Source: Candidatus Nomurabacteria bacterium
GTDB lineage: Bacteria > Patescibacteriota > Minisyncoccia > Phycocordibacterales > UBA9973
Reading direction: 5' to 3'
DNA: 43,464 nt
NCBI GenBank assembly: GCA_026395935.1
Contig: JAPLXT010000056.1
Location: 1 to 43,464 of the forward strand
A program made the translations under genes and the position numbers. Positions 26,937 to 35,100 of this stretch are shown in pieces. The notes beneath the pieces are model-generated. The model did not search any database. It was not told the origin of the DNA and saw only the letters and a list, made by a program, of their open reading frames with translations. The first letter of the stretch is position 1, and each line of letters opens with the position of its first letter.

Positions 26937-27797
26937 ATGGAACGCATAAAAAAATACTTACCATATATATCCCTTATAATTCTTATTATTTTGACCGCTA
27001 GTATCTGGTTTTTAGTTTTTCAGCATAAAAATAATTATTTAAAAGTTGTATTTCTGGATGTCGGTCAGGGAGATGCTATTTATATAGAGGCACCCAATGG
27101 AAGGCAGATGTTAATAGACGGTGGTCCGGATGCGACCCTTCTCGCAAGTCTTGCAAAGGTAATGCCTTTTGCTGATCGATCTATCGACATGATTCTAGCT
27201 ACTCATCCAGATATGGACCACATCGGAGGATTCCCGCTACTATTAGACAATTATAAAGTGACGAGCATTATTGAGAATGACACCGTCTCTACAACTGCTG
27301 TCTCAGATAGTCTTGAAGAAAAAATTGCAAAGAAAAAAATAAATAAAATTATTGCACGACGTGGGATGCACATAATATTAGATGCAGAGAAAAATATTTA
27401 TTTTGATATTTTATTTCCAGACCGTGATATTTCAAACTTTGAAAGTAATGATGCTGGAATTGTAGGGAAGCTAGTCTATGGCAATGAGTCATTTATGTTT
27501 ACTGGGGACGCTCCTCTCTATACTGAGAATTTAATAGAATGGAACGAAAAAGATAGTACTTTAAAGTCCGACGTACTCAAGCTCGGTCACCACGGTTCGC
27601 GTACTTCATCGAGTACCCTTTGGCTTGAAAAGGTGAATCCCGAAATAGCAATAATATCAGTAGATAAGAATAACAAATATGGTCATCCGCACAAGGAATT
27701 ACTCGACAGACTTTCATCTCTTAAAATTCCATTTTTAAGTACGGCCGACCAAGGTAATATAATTTTTGAAACTGATGGAAAGAAAATTTTTAGATAA
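26937..27797 (+). CDS. Metallo-beta-lactamase-fold protein, ComEC C-terminal-domain type, with TM anchor
   Basis: VGQGDAIYIE, THPDMDHIGG and LKLGHHGS motifs, as in the ComEC nuclease-like domain. N-terminal TM helix. Confidence 0.8.
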   Translation: MERIKKYLPYISLIILIILTASIWFLVFQHKNNYLKVVFLDVGQGDAIYIEAPNGRQMLIDGGPDATLLASLAKVMPFADRSIDMILATHPDMDHIGGFPLLLDNYKVTSIIENDTVSTTAVSDSLEEKIAKKKINKIIARRGMHIILDAEKNIYFDILFPDRDISNFESNDAGIVGKLVYGNESFMFTGDAPLYTENLIEWNEKDSTLKSDVLKLGHHGSRTSSSTLWLEKVNPEIAIISVDKNNKYGHPHKELLDRLSSLKIPFLSTADQGNIIFETDGKKIFR

Positions 27798-27831
27798 AAT
27801 AAAACTCTCGAGTTAATCGAGAGTTTTATTT
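27797..27831. terminator. Bidirectional terminator hairpin between the MBL gene and rpmB
   Basis: 15-bp stem 27797-27811 / 27817-27831 (AAAATAAAACTCTCGA...TCGAGAGTTTTATTT), A/T-flanked on both sides. Overlaps the rpmB stop codon. Confidence 0.7.
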
Positions 27832-28071
27832 AATGATTCCGGCTTTCTTTAATACTGCATAAGCTCCATGTTTGTTGATAGTTTTGATAGCTTTGGTTGA
27901 AAGTGTAAGAGGGAAATATTTCTTTAGCTCAGGAACGTAGATTCGTTTCTTCTGAAGGTTTGGATATTTGCGGACCATACCAGTAGGGTTGAATTTAGTA
28001 GCACGAACAACGTTCGAGTAGCCGCCCCCCATGATTGAGCCCTTTTTTGTTATATCACAAACTTTCGCCAT
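27826..28071 (-). CDS. rpmB: 50S ribosomal protein L28
   Basis: MAKVCDITKKG...NVVRATKF..., typical L28 sequence and size (81 aa). Confidence 0.9.
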   Translation of the reverse strand: MAKVCDITKKGSIMGGGYSNVVRATKFNPTGMVRKYPNLQKKRIYVPELKKYFPLTLSTKAIKTINKHGAYAVLKKAGIIK

Positions 28072-28104
28072 AGATGAAGGTATGCTATCATATTAAATAC
28101 ACAT

Positions 28105-28734
28105 ATGCAAGCAATTGATCAAATATTCTATATAGTTGTACTTATAATGTCCGTGGTGGTTCATGAATTTTCTCATGGCTACGCAGCATACCTACTAGGG
28201 GACAATACAGCTCGCCTAAGCGGTAGACTTACCTTAAATCCTATAAAACATCTTGATCTTTTTGGTTCAATTATTTTACCCCTATTACTAATAGTTTCAA
28301 ATGCGGGTTTTGTAATTGGTTGGGCAAAGCCTGTACCTTATAATCCGAATAATCTTAGCAATAAGAGATGGGGGAATTTACTTGTAGCTATCGCTGGTAT
28401 AGCGGCCAATCTTGTTTTAGTTATTGTATTTGGCCTTTTGATTAGGTTTGCTCCAGTGTTGGGGATTCCTTTTGGTAGTCCTTTCTATAAAATTACCTCT
28501 ATTATTGTCATATTAAACTTGGTTCTTATCCTTTTCAATCTAATTCCTATTCCACCACTTGATGGATCGAAAGTTTTATTCTCTTTCCTCCCTTTAAAAT
28601 ATAGATATATTGAAGACTTCTTAGAGAAATGGGGGATGTTCCTTCTCCTTTTCTTTATAATTTTCCTATGGGGTAAAGTAGCACCTCTTATTTTTATATT
28701 TTTCCATTTAATTACAGGGGTTTCTTTGGGGTAA
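28105..28734 (+). CDS. Site-2 protease family (M50) membrane zinc metalloprotease
   Basis: HEFSHG (HExxH) in TM1 and NLIPIPPLDGSKV (NxxPxxxLDG) motifs. Polytopic. Confidence 0.8.
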   Translation: MQAIDQIFYIVVLIMSVVVHEFSHGYAAYLLGDNTARLSGRLTLNPIKHLDLFGSIILPLLLIVSNAGFVIGWAKPVPYNPNNLSNKRWGNLLVAIAGIAANLVLVIVFGLLIRFAPVLGIPFGSPFYKITSIIVILNLVLILFNLIPIPPLDGSKVLFSFLPLKYRYIEDFLEKWGMFLLLFFIIFLWGKVAPLIFIFFHLITGVSLG

Positions 28735-28807
28735 ACAAGCCCTTGCTTTTTTAGAGCCTTTATAGTAAAGTGTTTGCACTAGTCGTTGTGACTATGTTTT
28801 CATTTAT

Positions 28808-29233
28808 ATGCCTACAATTAACCAATTGGTTCGCAAGAGCCGCAAAATAATCAAGAGAAAATCTAAAGCTGTGGCTTTGGCTCGTGGTTTTAATTCTATT
28901 AAGAACAAGCCAGTTTATTATCCAGCTCCATTCAAGCGTGGAGTTTGTACGAAAGTTTCTACTACTACACCTAAGAAGCCTAACTCAGCTCTCCGAAAGA
29001 TTGCTCGTGTTCGTCTTACAAATGGTATGGAAGTAACAGCATATATTCCAGGAGAAGGACACAACTTACAAGAACACTCAGTGGTTATGATCCGTGGTGG
29101 ACGTGTGAAAGACCTTATCGGAGTACGTTATCATATCGTTCGTGGACGTCTTGATACGACAGGAGTTGAGAAGCGTCGCCAATCAAGAAGTCTCTATGGT
29201 ACAAAAACACCTAAAGCAGCAGTTAAGAAATAA
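28808..29233 (+). CDS. rpsL: 30S ribosomal protein S12
   Basis: [10 protein letters not shown]... and the highly conserved [10 protein letters not shown] motif. Confidence 0.95.
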   Translation: MPTINQLVRKSRKIIKRKSKAVALARGFNSIKNKPVYYPAPFKRGVCTKVSTTTPKKPNSALRKIARVRLTNGMEVTAYIPGEGHNLQEHSVVMIRGGRVKDLIGVRYHIVRGRLDTTGVEKRRQSRSLYGTKTPKAAVKK

Positions 29234-29244
29234 TTTAAAATAAT

Positions 29245-29715
29245 ATGCGAAGAAAAATAAAAAATAAAAATATAGTAGAACCAGATATTTTGTACAAGTC
29301 TCAGAAGCTTGCGAAGTTCATAAACAATATTATGCTTCATGGAAAGAAGGAGACTGCTCGTAAGTCAGTTTATAAAGCTTTTGAAATTATCAAAGAAAAG
29401 ACCGGCAACCCTAATCCACTAGAAGTTTTCGATACAGCTTTGAAGAATGCAGGTCCTACAGTAGAAGTTCGTTCACGTCGTATCGGTGGTGCAAACTACC
29501 AGGTCCCTCGCGAAGTTCGTCCTGAGAGACGCCTTGCCTTAGCAATGAGATGGATGATAGATGCAGCACGTAGTAAGAAAGGAGCACCTATCGCCGAGAA
29601 GCTTGCCGAAGAATTGATACTTGCTTCAAAGAATGAAGGTTCAGCTATCAAGAAGCGTGATGATACCCACAAGATGGCAGAGAGTAACAAAGCATTCGCC
29701 CACTTCGCTTGGTAA
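29245..29715 (+). CDS. rpsG: 30S ribosomal protein S7
   Basis: 156 aa, ..EVRSRRIGGANYQVP.EVRPERR..LA.RW.., canonical S7. Directly after rpsL. Confidence 0.95.
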   Translation: MRRKIKNKNIVEPDILYKSQKLAKFINNIMLHGKKETARKSVYKAFEIIKEKTGNPNPLEVFDTALKNAGPTVEVRSRRIGGANYQVPREVRPERRLALAMRWMIDAARSKKGAPIAEKLAEELILASKNEGSAIKKRDDTHKMAESNKAFAHFAW

Positions 29716-29734
29716 TCAATATTTAAACAAAAAC

Positions 29735-29760
29735 AAAAACTCCCCACCCGGGGAGTTTTT
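29735..29760 (+). terminator. Intrinsic terminator after rpsG
   Basis: AAAAACTCCCC (29735-29745) / GGGGAGTTTTT (29750-29760), 11-bp stem, ACCC loop, built-in T tract. Confidence 0.8.
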
Positions 29761-29766
29761 GATTTC

Positions 29767-29794
29767 TTGACAAAAGTTGAATAAGGAGTAGTTT
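29767..29794 (+). promoter_or_regulatory. Candidate promoter of island unit 1
   Basis: TTGACA (29767-29772), 16 nt, TAGTTT (29789-29794). The context GATTTCTTGACAAA recurs at 30151-30166. Confidence 0.4.
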
Positions 29795-29859
29795 TAAGGT
29801 AAATTTGAATGCGTATTGTATTTTTAGTATAAATTTCTAATTTTCTAAATTTTATAATT

Positions 29860-30063
29860 ATGTCGAAAGATCCATGTGGAGCCTGCGGGACTCCGAAATC
29901 AAAAAATCATTGGGATAAAGATGATTGCCATCACTGCTACCCAGAGAATTTTTATGAGCTAAAAACTATTCCAGCTCAAATAAAAAATTCTGGAGACATT
30001 GTAGACAGCCCAATTTTTGAAGGCCAAGGAATTGAATTTTTGGCTGAACTAACTGAGGCTTAA
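29860..30063 (+). CDS. Small 4-Cys (CxxC...CxxC) protein with acidic tail, unknown function
   Basis: 67 aa; CGAC at residues 6-9 and CHHC at 23-26. Own promoter-like and terminator signals. Confidence 0.5.
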   Translation: MSKDPCGACGTPKSKNHWDKDDCHHCYPENFYELKTIPAQIKNSGDIVDSPIFEGQGIEFLAELTEA

Positions 30064-30080
30064 TGCCTGAAGAAATTAGT

Positions 30081-30114
30081 AAAAGGATGTCAAAAGCATC
30101 CTTTTATTTTTTTT
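30081..30114 (+). terminator. Intrinsic terminator of island unit 1
   Basis: AAAAGGATG (30081-30089) / CATCCTTTT (30097-30105), 7-nt loop, then ATTTTTTTT. Confidence 0.75.
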
Positions 30115-30148
30115 ACCTACTCAACGCTATCGCGTCAGAGAGGTAAAG
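30111..30148 (+). repeat. Junction hairpin element copy 1 (core AACGCTATCGCG)
   Basis: TTTACCT (30112-30118) / AGGTAAA (30141-47) arms, CTC/GAG extension, ACGC-TATC-GCGT apex. Core at 30123-30134. Confidence 0.8.
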
Positions 30149-30157
30149 AGGATTTTC

Positions 30158-30185
30158 TTGACAAAGATACCTAAAAGCTTAAGAT
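30158..30185 (+). promoter_or_regulatory. Candidate promoter of island unit 2
   Basis: TTGACA (30158-30163), 16 nt, TAAGAT (30180-30185). Same GATTTTCTTGACAAA context as unit 1. Confidence 0.4.
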
Positions 30186-30216
30186 GAATATAAATGTTAA
30201 ATTTAAAATATAGACT

Positions 30217-30726
30217 ATGATTAGCTACATTTCCTTTAAAAAAGCTTGTAAGGAGCTTAGAATTAATCCAAATATATTTGGAAATAATCCATTAGTAGGT
30301 GGACATCCACTTGTAACTTTTGAAGAACCCTTCGATTTTGGGACAATGAATTTTCCCGAGAAACAGCTGAAGCAGATTTTGATGATTGGTCAAATTATTT
30401 ACAATTTGGAATCACAAGTTAATTTGGGCCACATGTATAATCTGACGACAAAGAAGGGAAGGGAAGATTACAGGAGAGATAGCGAAATAAAAAAGATTTT
30501 GCCCATTCTGCAAGAGTCAATTGAATTCTGGCTTGAGACCGGACTGAAGAAATGTAAGTCAGATAAAAATCTCATGTTCTGCAATGGAAGAGTTTTTGAA
30601 GTTGATCCAAAACAGACAGAGAAAATGGATGAAATGAACGATTACATGAAAGAAGTCCATCGTGATTTTCTTTACAAAGAGGCTATGTCTGAAATATCTG
30701 CCAGGGATGTGATTTTAAATGCTTAA
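30217..30726 (+). CDS. Hypothetical 169-aa protein, no recognisable family
   Basis: Uninterrupted ORF bracketed by promoter-like and terminator signals. No motif recognised. Confidence 0.5.
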   Translation: MISYISFKKACKELRINPNIFGNNPLVGGHPLVTFEEPFDFGTMNFPEKQLKQILMIGQIIYNLESQVNLGHMYNLTTKKGREDYRRDSEIKKILPILQESIEFWLETGLKKCKSDKNLMFCNGRVFEVDPKQTEKMDEMNDYMKEVHRDFLYKEAMSEISARDVILNA

Positions 30727-30743
30727 TGCATGAAAAATTTAGT

Positions 30744-30776
30744 AAAGGGATGTCAAAAGCATCCCTTTATTATTTT
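30744..30776 (+). terminator. Terminator hairpin of island unit 2
   Basis: AAAGGGATG (30744-30752) / CATCCCTTT (30760-30768). Relative to unit 1 it carries a compensatory A>G / T>C pair. The following T tract is interrupted (ATTATTTT). Confidence 0.6.
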
Positions 30777-30810
30777 ACCAGCTCAACGCTATCGCGCCAG
30801 AGAGGTAAAG
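30773..30810 (+). repeat. Junction hairpin element copy 2 (core AACGCTATCGCG)
   Basis: TTTACC / GGTAAA arms, CTC/GAG extension. Core at 30785-30796. Confidence 0.8.
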
Positions 30811-30811
30811 G

Positions 30812-30820
30812 TGGTATAAT
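30812..30820 (+). promoter_or_regulatory. Extended -10 promoter element (TGgTATAAT) for the PaaX-like gene
   Basis: TGGTATAAT ends 6 nt before the ATG at 30827, with no Shine-Dalgarno between them. This implies a leaderless or near-leaderless mRNA. Confidence 0.4.
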
Positions 30821-30826
30821 ATAATT

Positions 30827-31327
30827 ATGAGTGCAGAGAAATTAATTTTAGAATATTTGAGTGAGAATAAGAGTAAGCCTGCGATTAGATATGCAGGTGT
30901 TCGCTTAGGATTTTTAGGTTTACCAGATTTTAAGTATTATAAATACCAGACACTTGCCAATAGATGTTCTTTATTAAAAAGTGGGGGATATATAAAAGAA
31001 ACGAATGGTATTTATTTTATAACACAGAAAGGTGAAGAATTTTTAAATAAGAAAAATAAAACGGTTTTTAAAAAATTTGAATCTAGTAAAACAGATAAGG
31101 ATCCAAAAGATTTACTTTTGTTATATGATGTACCAGAAGATAAGAAGGCACATAGAGATTGGCTTAGAAAAGAGCTTGTAAATTTCAATTATATTATGAT
31201 TCAGAGAAGTGTTTGGGTGGGGCCTTCTCCATTACCGAAAGAATTTACACAATATCTAAAGGACATTGGGCTAAAGGACACAATAAAAACATTTAAATTA
31301 GAAAAAGGTTATAACTTACAAAAATAA
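30827..31327 (+). CDS. PaaX-like transcriptional regulator (wHTH plus 'DIPE...QxSVWV' module)
   Basis: N-terminal winged-helix-like segment. C-terminal LLLYDVPEDKKAHRDWLRKELVNFNYIMIQRSVWVGPSPLP matches the remembered PaaX-family pattern (FDIPE..R..LR..L...GF..LQ.SVWV.P). Confidence 0.55.
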   Translation: MSAEKLILEYLSENKSKPAIRYAGVRLGFLGLPDFKYYKYQTLANRCSLLKSGGYIKETNGIYFITQKGEEFLNKKNKTVFKKFESSKTDKDPKDLLLLYDVPEDKKAHRDWLRKELVNFNYIMIQRSVWVGPSPLPKEFTQYLKDIGLKDTIKTFKLEKGYNLQK

Positions 31328-31371
31328 CATTTTACCTGTCTAACGCTATCGCGTTTGGGAGGTAAAATGTT
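31326..31371 (+). repeat. Junction hairpin element copy 3 (core AACGCTATCGCG)
   Basis: Perfect 12-bp outer stem AACATTTTACCT (31326-31337) / AGGTAAAATGTT (31360-31371), overlapping the stop codon. Core at 31342-31353. Confidence 0.8.
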
Positions 31372-31479
31372 ATAAGGTAGATATTTATTTTAATAGGAAG
31401 GTTTTTAATTTAAAAAGTTATCCACAGTTTTGGAAGTTTTTATATTTACAAATAAAATTTTTTCTTTTATAATCTAGGA

Positions 31480-32103
31480 ATGGAAAAATTTAAAAAAGTT
31501 TTTGCCCACGTTTTAAAAATTTTAAAGTGGGCCTTTCTAATTTTAGTGGGAGTTTTTATTATTTTAGTTATAGCTAGGATTCCTCACGCATTAAATCAAC
31601 AGAAGACAGACGCTCAAATTATTAAAATTCATAATACAAAACTCACCCTTCCTGATGTAATGGGGGAGAACTTGCCACCATACCCTGGCGTAGAGGCGGA
31701 CAAGACCGTGCAGGGCATAGATGCAAACAATAATGGTATTCGTGATGATGTTGAGCTTGCTATATTTAAAGAATATCCAAATTCTGCGAAAACCCGCGCA
31801 GTACTTTTGCAGTATGCACTAACGTTGCAAATGGAGGTTATGCAACCAATAATAAATACATCTACTGCTACAGAAGTTGCAAGAGAACAAAGTAGAGCAT
31901 ATGTTTGTATTGGTGATGTTTTATCAAGGGAAAATTTAGAAAAATTTAATAAAGAGGCTGATACTTTTACTAATTTTGTAAAAGAAAGAATGTTTAATAC
32001 AGAAGAGAGAAAAAATAATAGAAGTATTTTTGTTGATAATGTAAGAAGTTATTCAAATTTAGAACAAAAATGTGATATAGATTTGTTTATTTTATCAAAT
32101 TAA
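31480..32103 (+). CDS. N-terminally membrane-anchored extracytoplasmic protein, unknown function
   Basis: One TM helix (WAFLILVGVFIILVIA), EF-hand-like loop DANNNGIRDDVE, otherwise helical-looking. TATAAT (31468-31473) lies 6 nt before the ATG. Confidence 0.5.
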   Translation: MEKFKKVFAHVLKILKWAFLILVGVFIILVIARIPHALNQQKTDAQIIKIHNTKLTLPDVMGENLPPYPGVEADKTVQGIDANNNGIRDDVELAIFKEYPNSAKTRAVLLQYALTLQMEVMQPIINTSTATEVAREQSRAYVCIGDVLSRENLEKFNKEADTFTNFVKERMFNTEERKNNRSIFVDNVRSYSNLEQKCDIDLFILSN

Positions 32104-32123
32104 ATTATTTTAATAAAATTTAT

Positions 32124-35100
32124 ATGAAGAATAAAAAATTATTTATTCTCGGTTTCTCCTTGTTGTTTTCTCTCTTATCCTTAACTGCTAATGCAGAGGG
32201 TGTATGTTCTAAGAGTGGCTATACTATACTTACTATTAATGGGATATTTACAGACAAAGAAGGTGCACTTAATAATAAAGATAGTTTACAAAGAAGTTTA
32301 GGTGCAGGATTTAAAAATGAACCTCTCAATGTTGACTATGTTTACAACCCTACTCATGCGCAAGGCTTCATAGATGTTCTAGATACTATCGCTCAAGGAT
32401 ATTTAAATCAGAAATCAGATTATGATTTAGTAGAAATGCTTAATAATGCAAGCACAAAAGTAAAGACAGAGAAACTTCTACTGGTAGGTCATTCGCAAGG
32501 GAATTTCTATGCCAATAATTTTTATGACAAAGTTGCTGATATGGAAGGCGGAGTGCCGAAGCAGTCCATCGGAGTTTATAGTGTTGCTACTCCAGCTTCA
32601 CGCGTTGCAGGTGATGGTCTATATTTAACTTCAGATACGGATAAAGTTATCGCAAAGTTAGTAGGTAGTGCTAAAAAGATAATGCCTCCGAATACCCATA
32701 TTAGTTATACTAACAATGAAGATATTTGGGGTCACGATTTTTACAAAATATATTTAGCTCATAATGGTGACAGAATTATCGGAGACCTCAAAACATCTTT
32801 AGATAAATTAAAAACAAATGATATTCAATCCTCAAATACTCCTTGTTTGTCTCCAGTAAAAATTTCTTTAGCTCACAAAATTACCGGTGCAATGCTTGCT
32901 GTTACAGATTTTTCTGCAAACACTATTATAAATAGTGTAAAACAAACAGTAACCCTTGCATATAATTTATCAAAAAAAGCAACGATATTGGTAGGGGAGA
33001 ATTTAGCAAATATTGCCAGTAAGAACCTTGCTTTTGCTGGTTCTTCAATTATGGCAGGCCCACTTTTTAGTATAAGCGATCAATCTCTCAATAATACCCA
33101 GTTTAGCAATATGCAAGTCTTAGAAGGGGTAGAGAATAATATTCAAGAAAATACCAATCTAGATACCAATATTCCTGTGGTCACTGATACAAATGTTGAG
33201 GAGACAAACTTGAATCCTACTCCAACTGATATCGAGCCTGTAAGTACTACGCCTGATTCTGGTGTATCTTCTGGTGGAAGTAGCAATGGTGGTGGAAGTA
33301 ATGATAGTGGGGAAAATAGTGATGATAATCCGACAGAAGATAATAAAGATGACAAAGTAGAGGATAAGACTGCGCCAGTAATAACTTTAGTCGGAGAAAG
33401 TGTTATCAATATAGAAGTTGGCTCGACTTATGTAGATGCTGGAGCTACAGCTCTTGATGATATAGATGAAGTGGTAGAAGTAGTCTCTTCTGGTATTGTG
33501 GATAATATAAAAGCTGGGGTTTACACTATTACTTATACGGCGACGGATAAGGCAGAGAACGTGGCGACTTTAAATCGTACCATAAATGTTATAGCTCCGA
33601 ATATTAAAGATACAACTGCGCCAGTCATAACTTTAAATGGAGAAAGTTCTGTGAATATTGAATTGAATACGACTTACGTCGACGCTGGAGCAACTGCGAC
33701 TGATGATATAGATGGAGTGGTAGAAGTTGTGACGACTGGAATTGTAGATAATACAAAAGTTGGAATTTATACTCTTACTTATACAGCGACGGATAAAGCC
33801 TTGAATATTTCGACACTAACTCGCATAGTTGAAGTGAGTCAACCTGCAATGGCTCTCTCATTTCCACCTGCATCAATGACGACTTCAGGTGATGGAGTTT
33901 ATCCGAATAGTGCAAAGAGAAAGATAGAAGAATTTCTTTACCAAATAGTTTATACAAGCAAAGACAATACTCCTCCTTATAGTGTAACGCTTCGAAGAAA
34001 GAATTTGAAAACGGGAGTTTATTTAAATGATCAACAAATGAATACAATCAACAATAGTTCCAATAGAGTTTGGCCGGCTGAATTAAGAGATGGGAATTAT
34101 GCAAATGGGGAACTGTATAGCGTTAGTAATTCTGTAGATGATGAAGGTGAGTATGAGTATTATTTCGTAATTGTTGATAAAGATTTTAATATAGTAAAAA
34201 AATTTGGAGAAAATAATAATTTGAAAATCACGGCTACTCCGGCTACAAATTATTATCCTAGCAAAGCTTCTTTTGGGACAGAGAATGGTGACGGAAAAAA
34301 TTGGCAAGTTTGGATTTTTGATAAATCAAATATTTATGATTGGTCTGATACTTATATAAATAATTATTTGCATCAGCATTTCAAAGTTCAAAATTATGAT
34401 TATATAAGTGGTGGTGTTTTGAGACTTGATCTTTTTAGTAGTGATCCAAGGAATGGTTTTGAACCTGGAGATATTACTACAGGGGGTGTATCTGAATATC
34501 GTCTTCCTGTTGATCCGCTCAGTCTTCCTGCCAGCACTCTTCATGATGTTGATATACAGTGGGATAGCACTGGTTATAATTACACTTATACTTTAGCCTC
34601 AAATGCTTCTGTCGCAAGTACAGGGCACGTGAACATTACGAATATATCCAATAATCTTTGGATAGGTTGGGGTATTTATAATCCGAAAGTCTATTGGGCT
34701 GCAAGTGTTTATGCTCCATTCTTCGAAAGTGTTTGGGTTGGGGCTCCATCTCAATTTGCAGAGGGGAGAACAGGAGGAAAATATGTATACCCAGCTCCTT
34801 CACCGATATACAAAGTTCATACGGAGCCAGTTAAGAGTGGAGAAAAATTAATAAATACTTTTGATTTTCAAAATTTGTCACCGGTAGTAAATGGAGTTGT
34901 AGATAATACTAATCATACTATTAATCTGACTGTGCCGTACGGTACAAACATTTCAAGCATGACCCCAATAATTACAATTTCAGATAAGTCGACGATTGCT
35001 CCGCAAAGTGGGGTGGCGAAAGACTTTACAAATAATGTTACTTATACCGTCACAGCAGAAGATGGAACTACACAATCTTATATAGTGACAGTTACAGTTT

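Noticed and set aside
30827-31327. Cas2-like protein
   Set aside because: The 'YDVPE...QRSVWV' segment resembles the Cas2/ferredoxin-like pattern. However, it has an N-terminal winged-helix segment, is twice Cas2 size, and has no cas1 or array nearby. A PaaX-like regulator is the better reading.
30111-31371. Integron attC sites or a CRISPR array as an explanation for the three hairpin repeats
   Set aside because: ACTCAAC and GTCTAAC fit the attC R'' pattern RYYYAAC, but no matching GTTRRRY R' core closes the structure, and no intI-like integrase is in the window. Spacing (about 0.55-0.66 kb with whole ORFs and promoters between copies) and only partial repeat identity rule out a CRISPR array. 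No cas genes are present.
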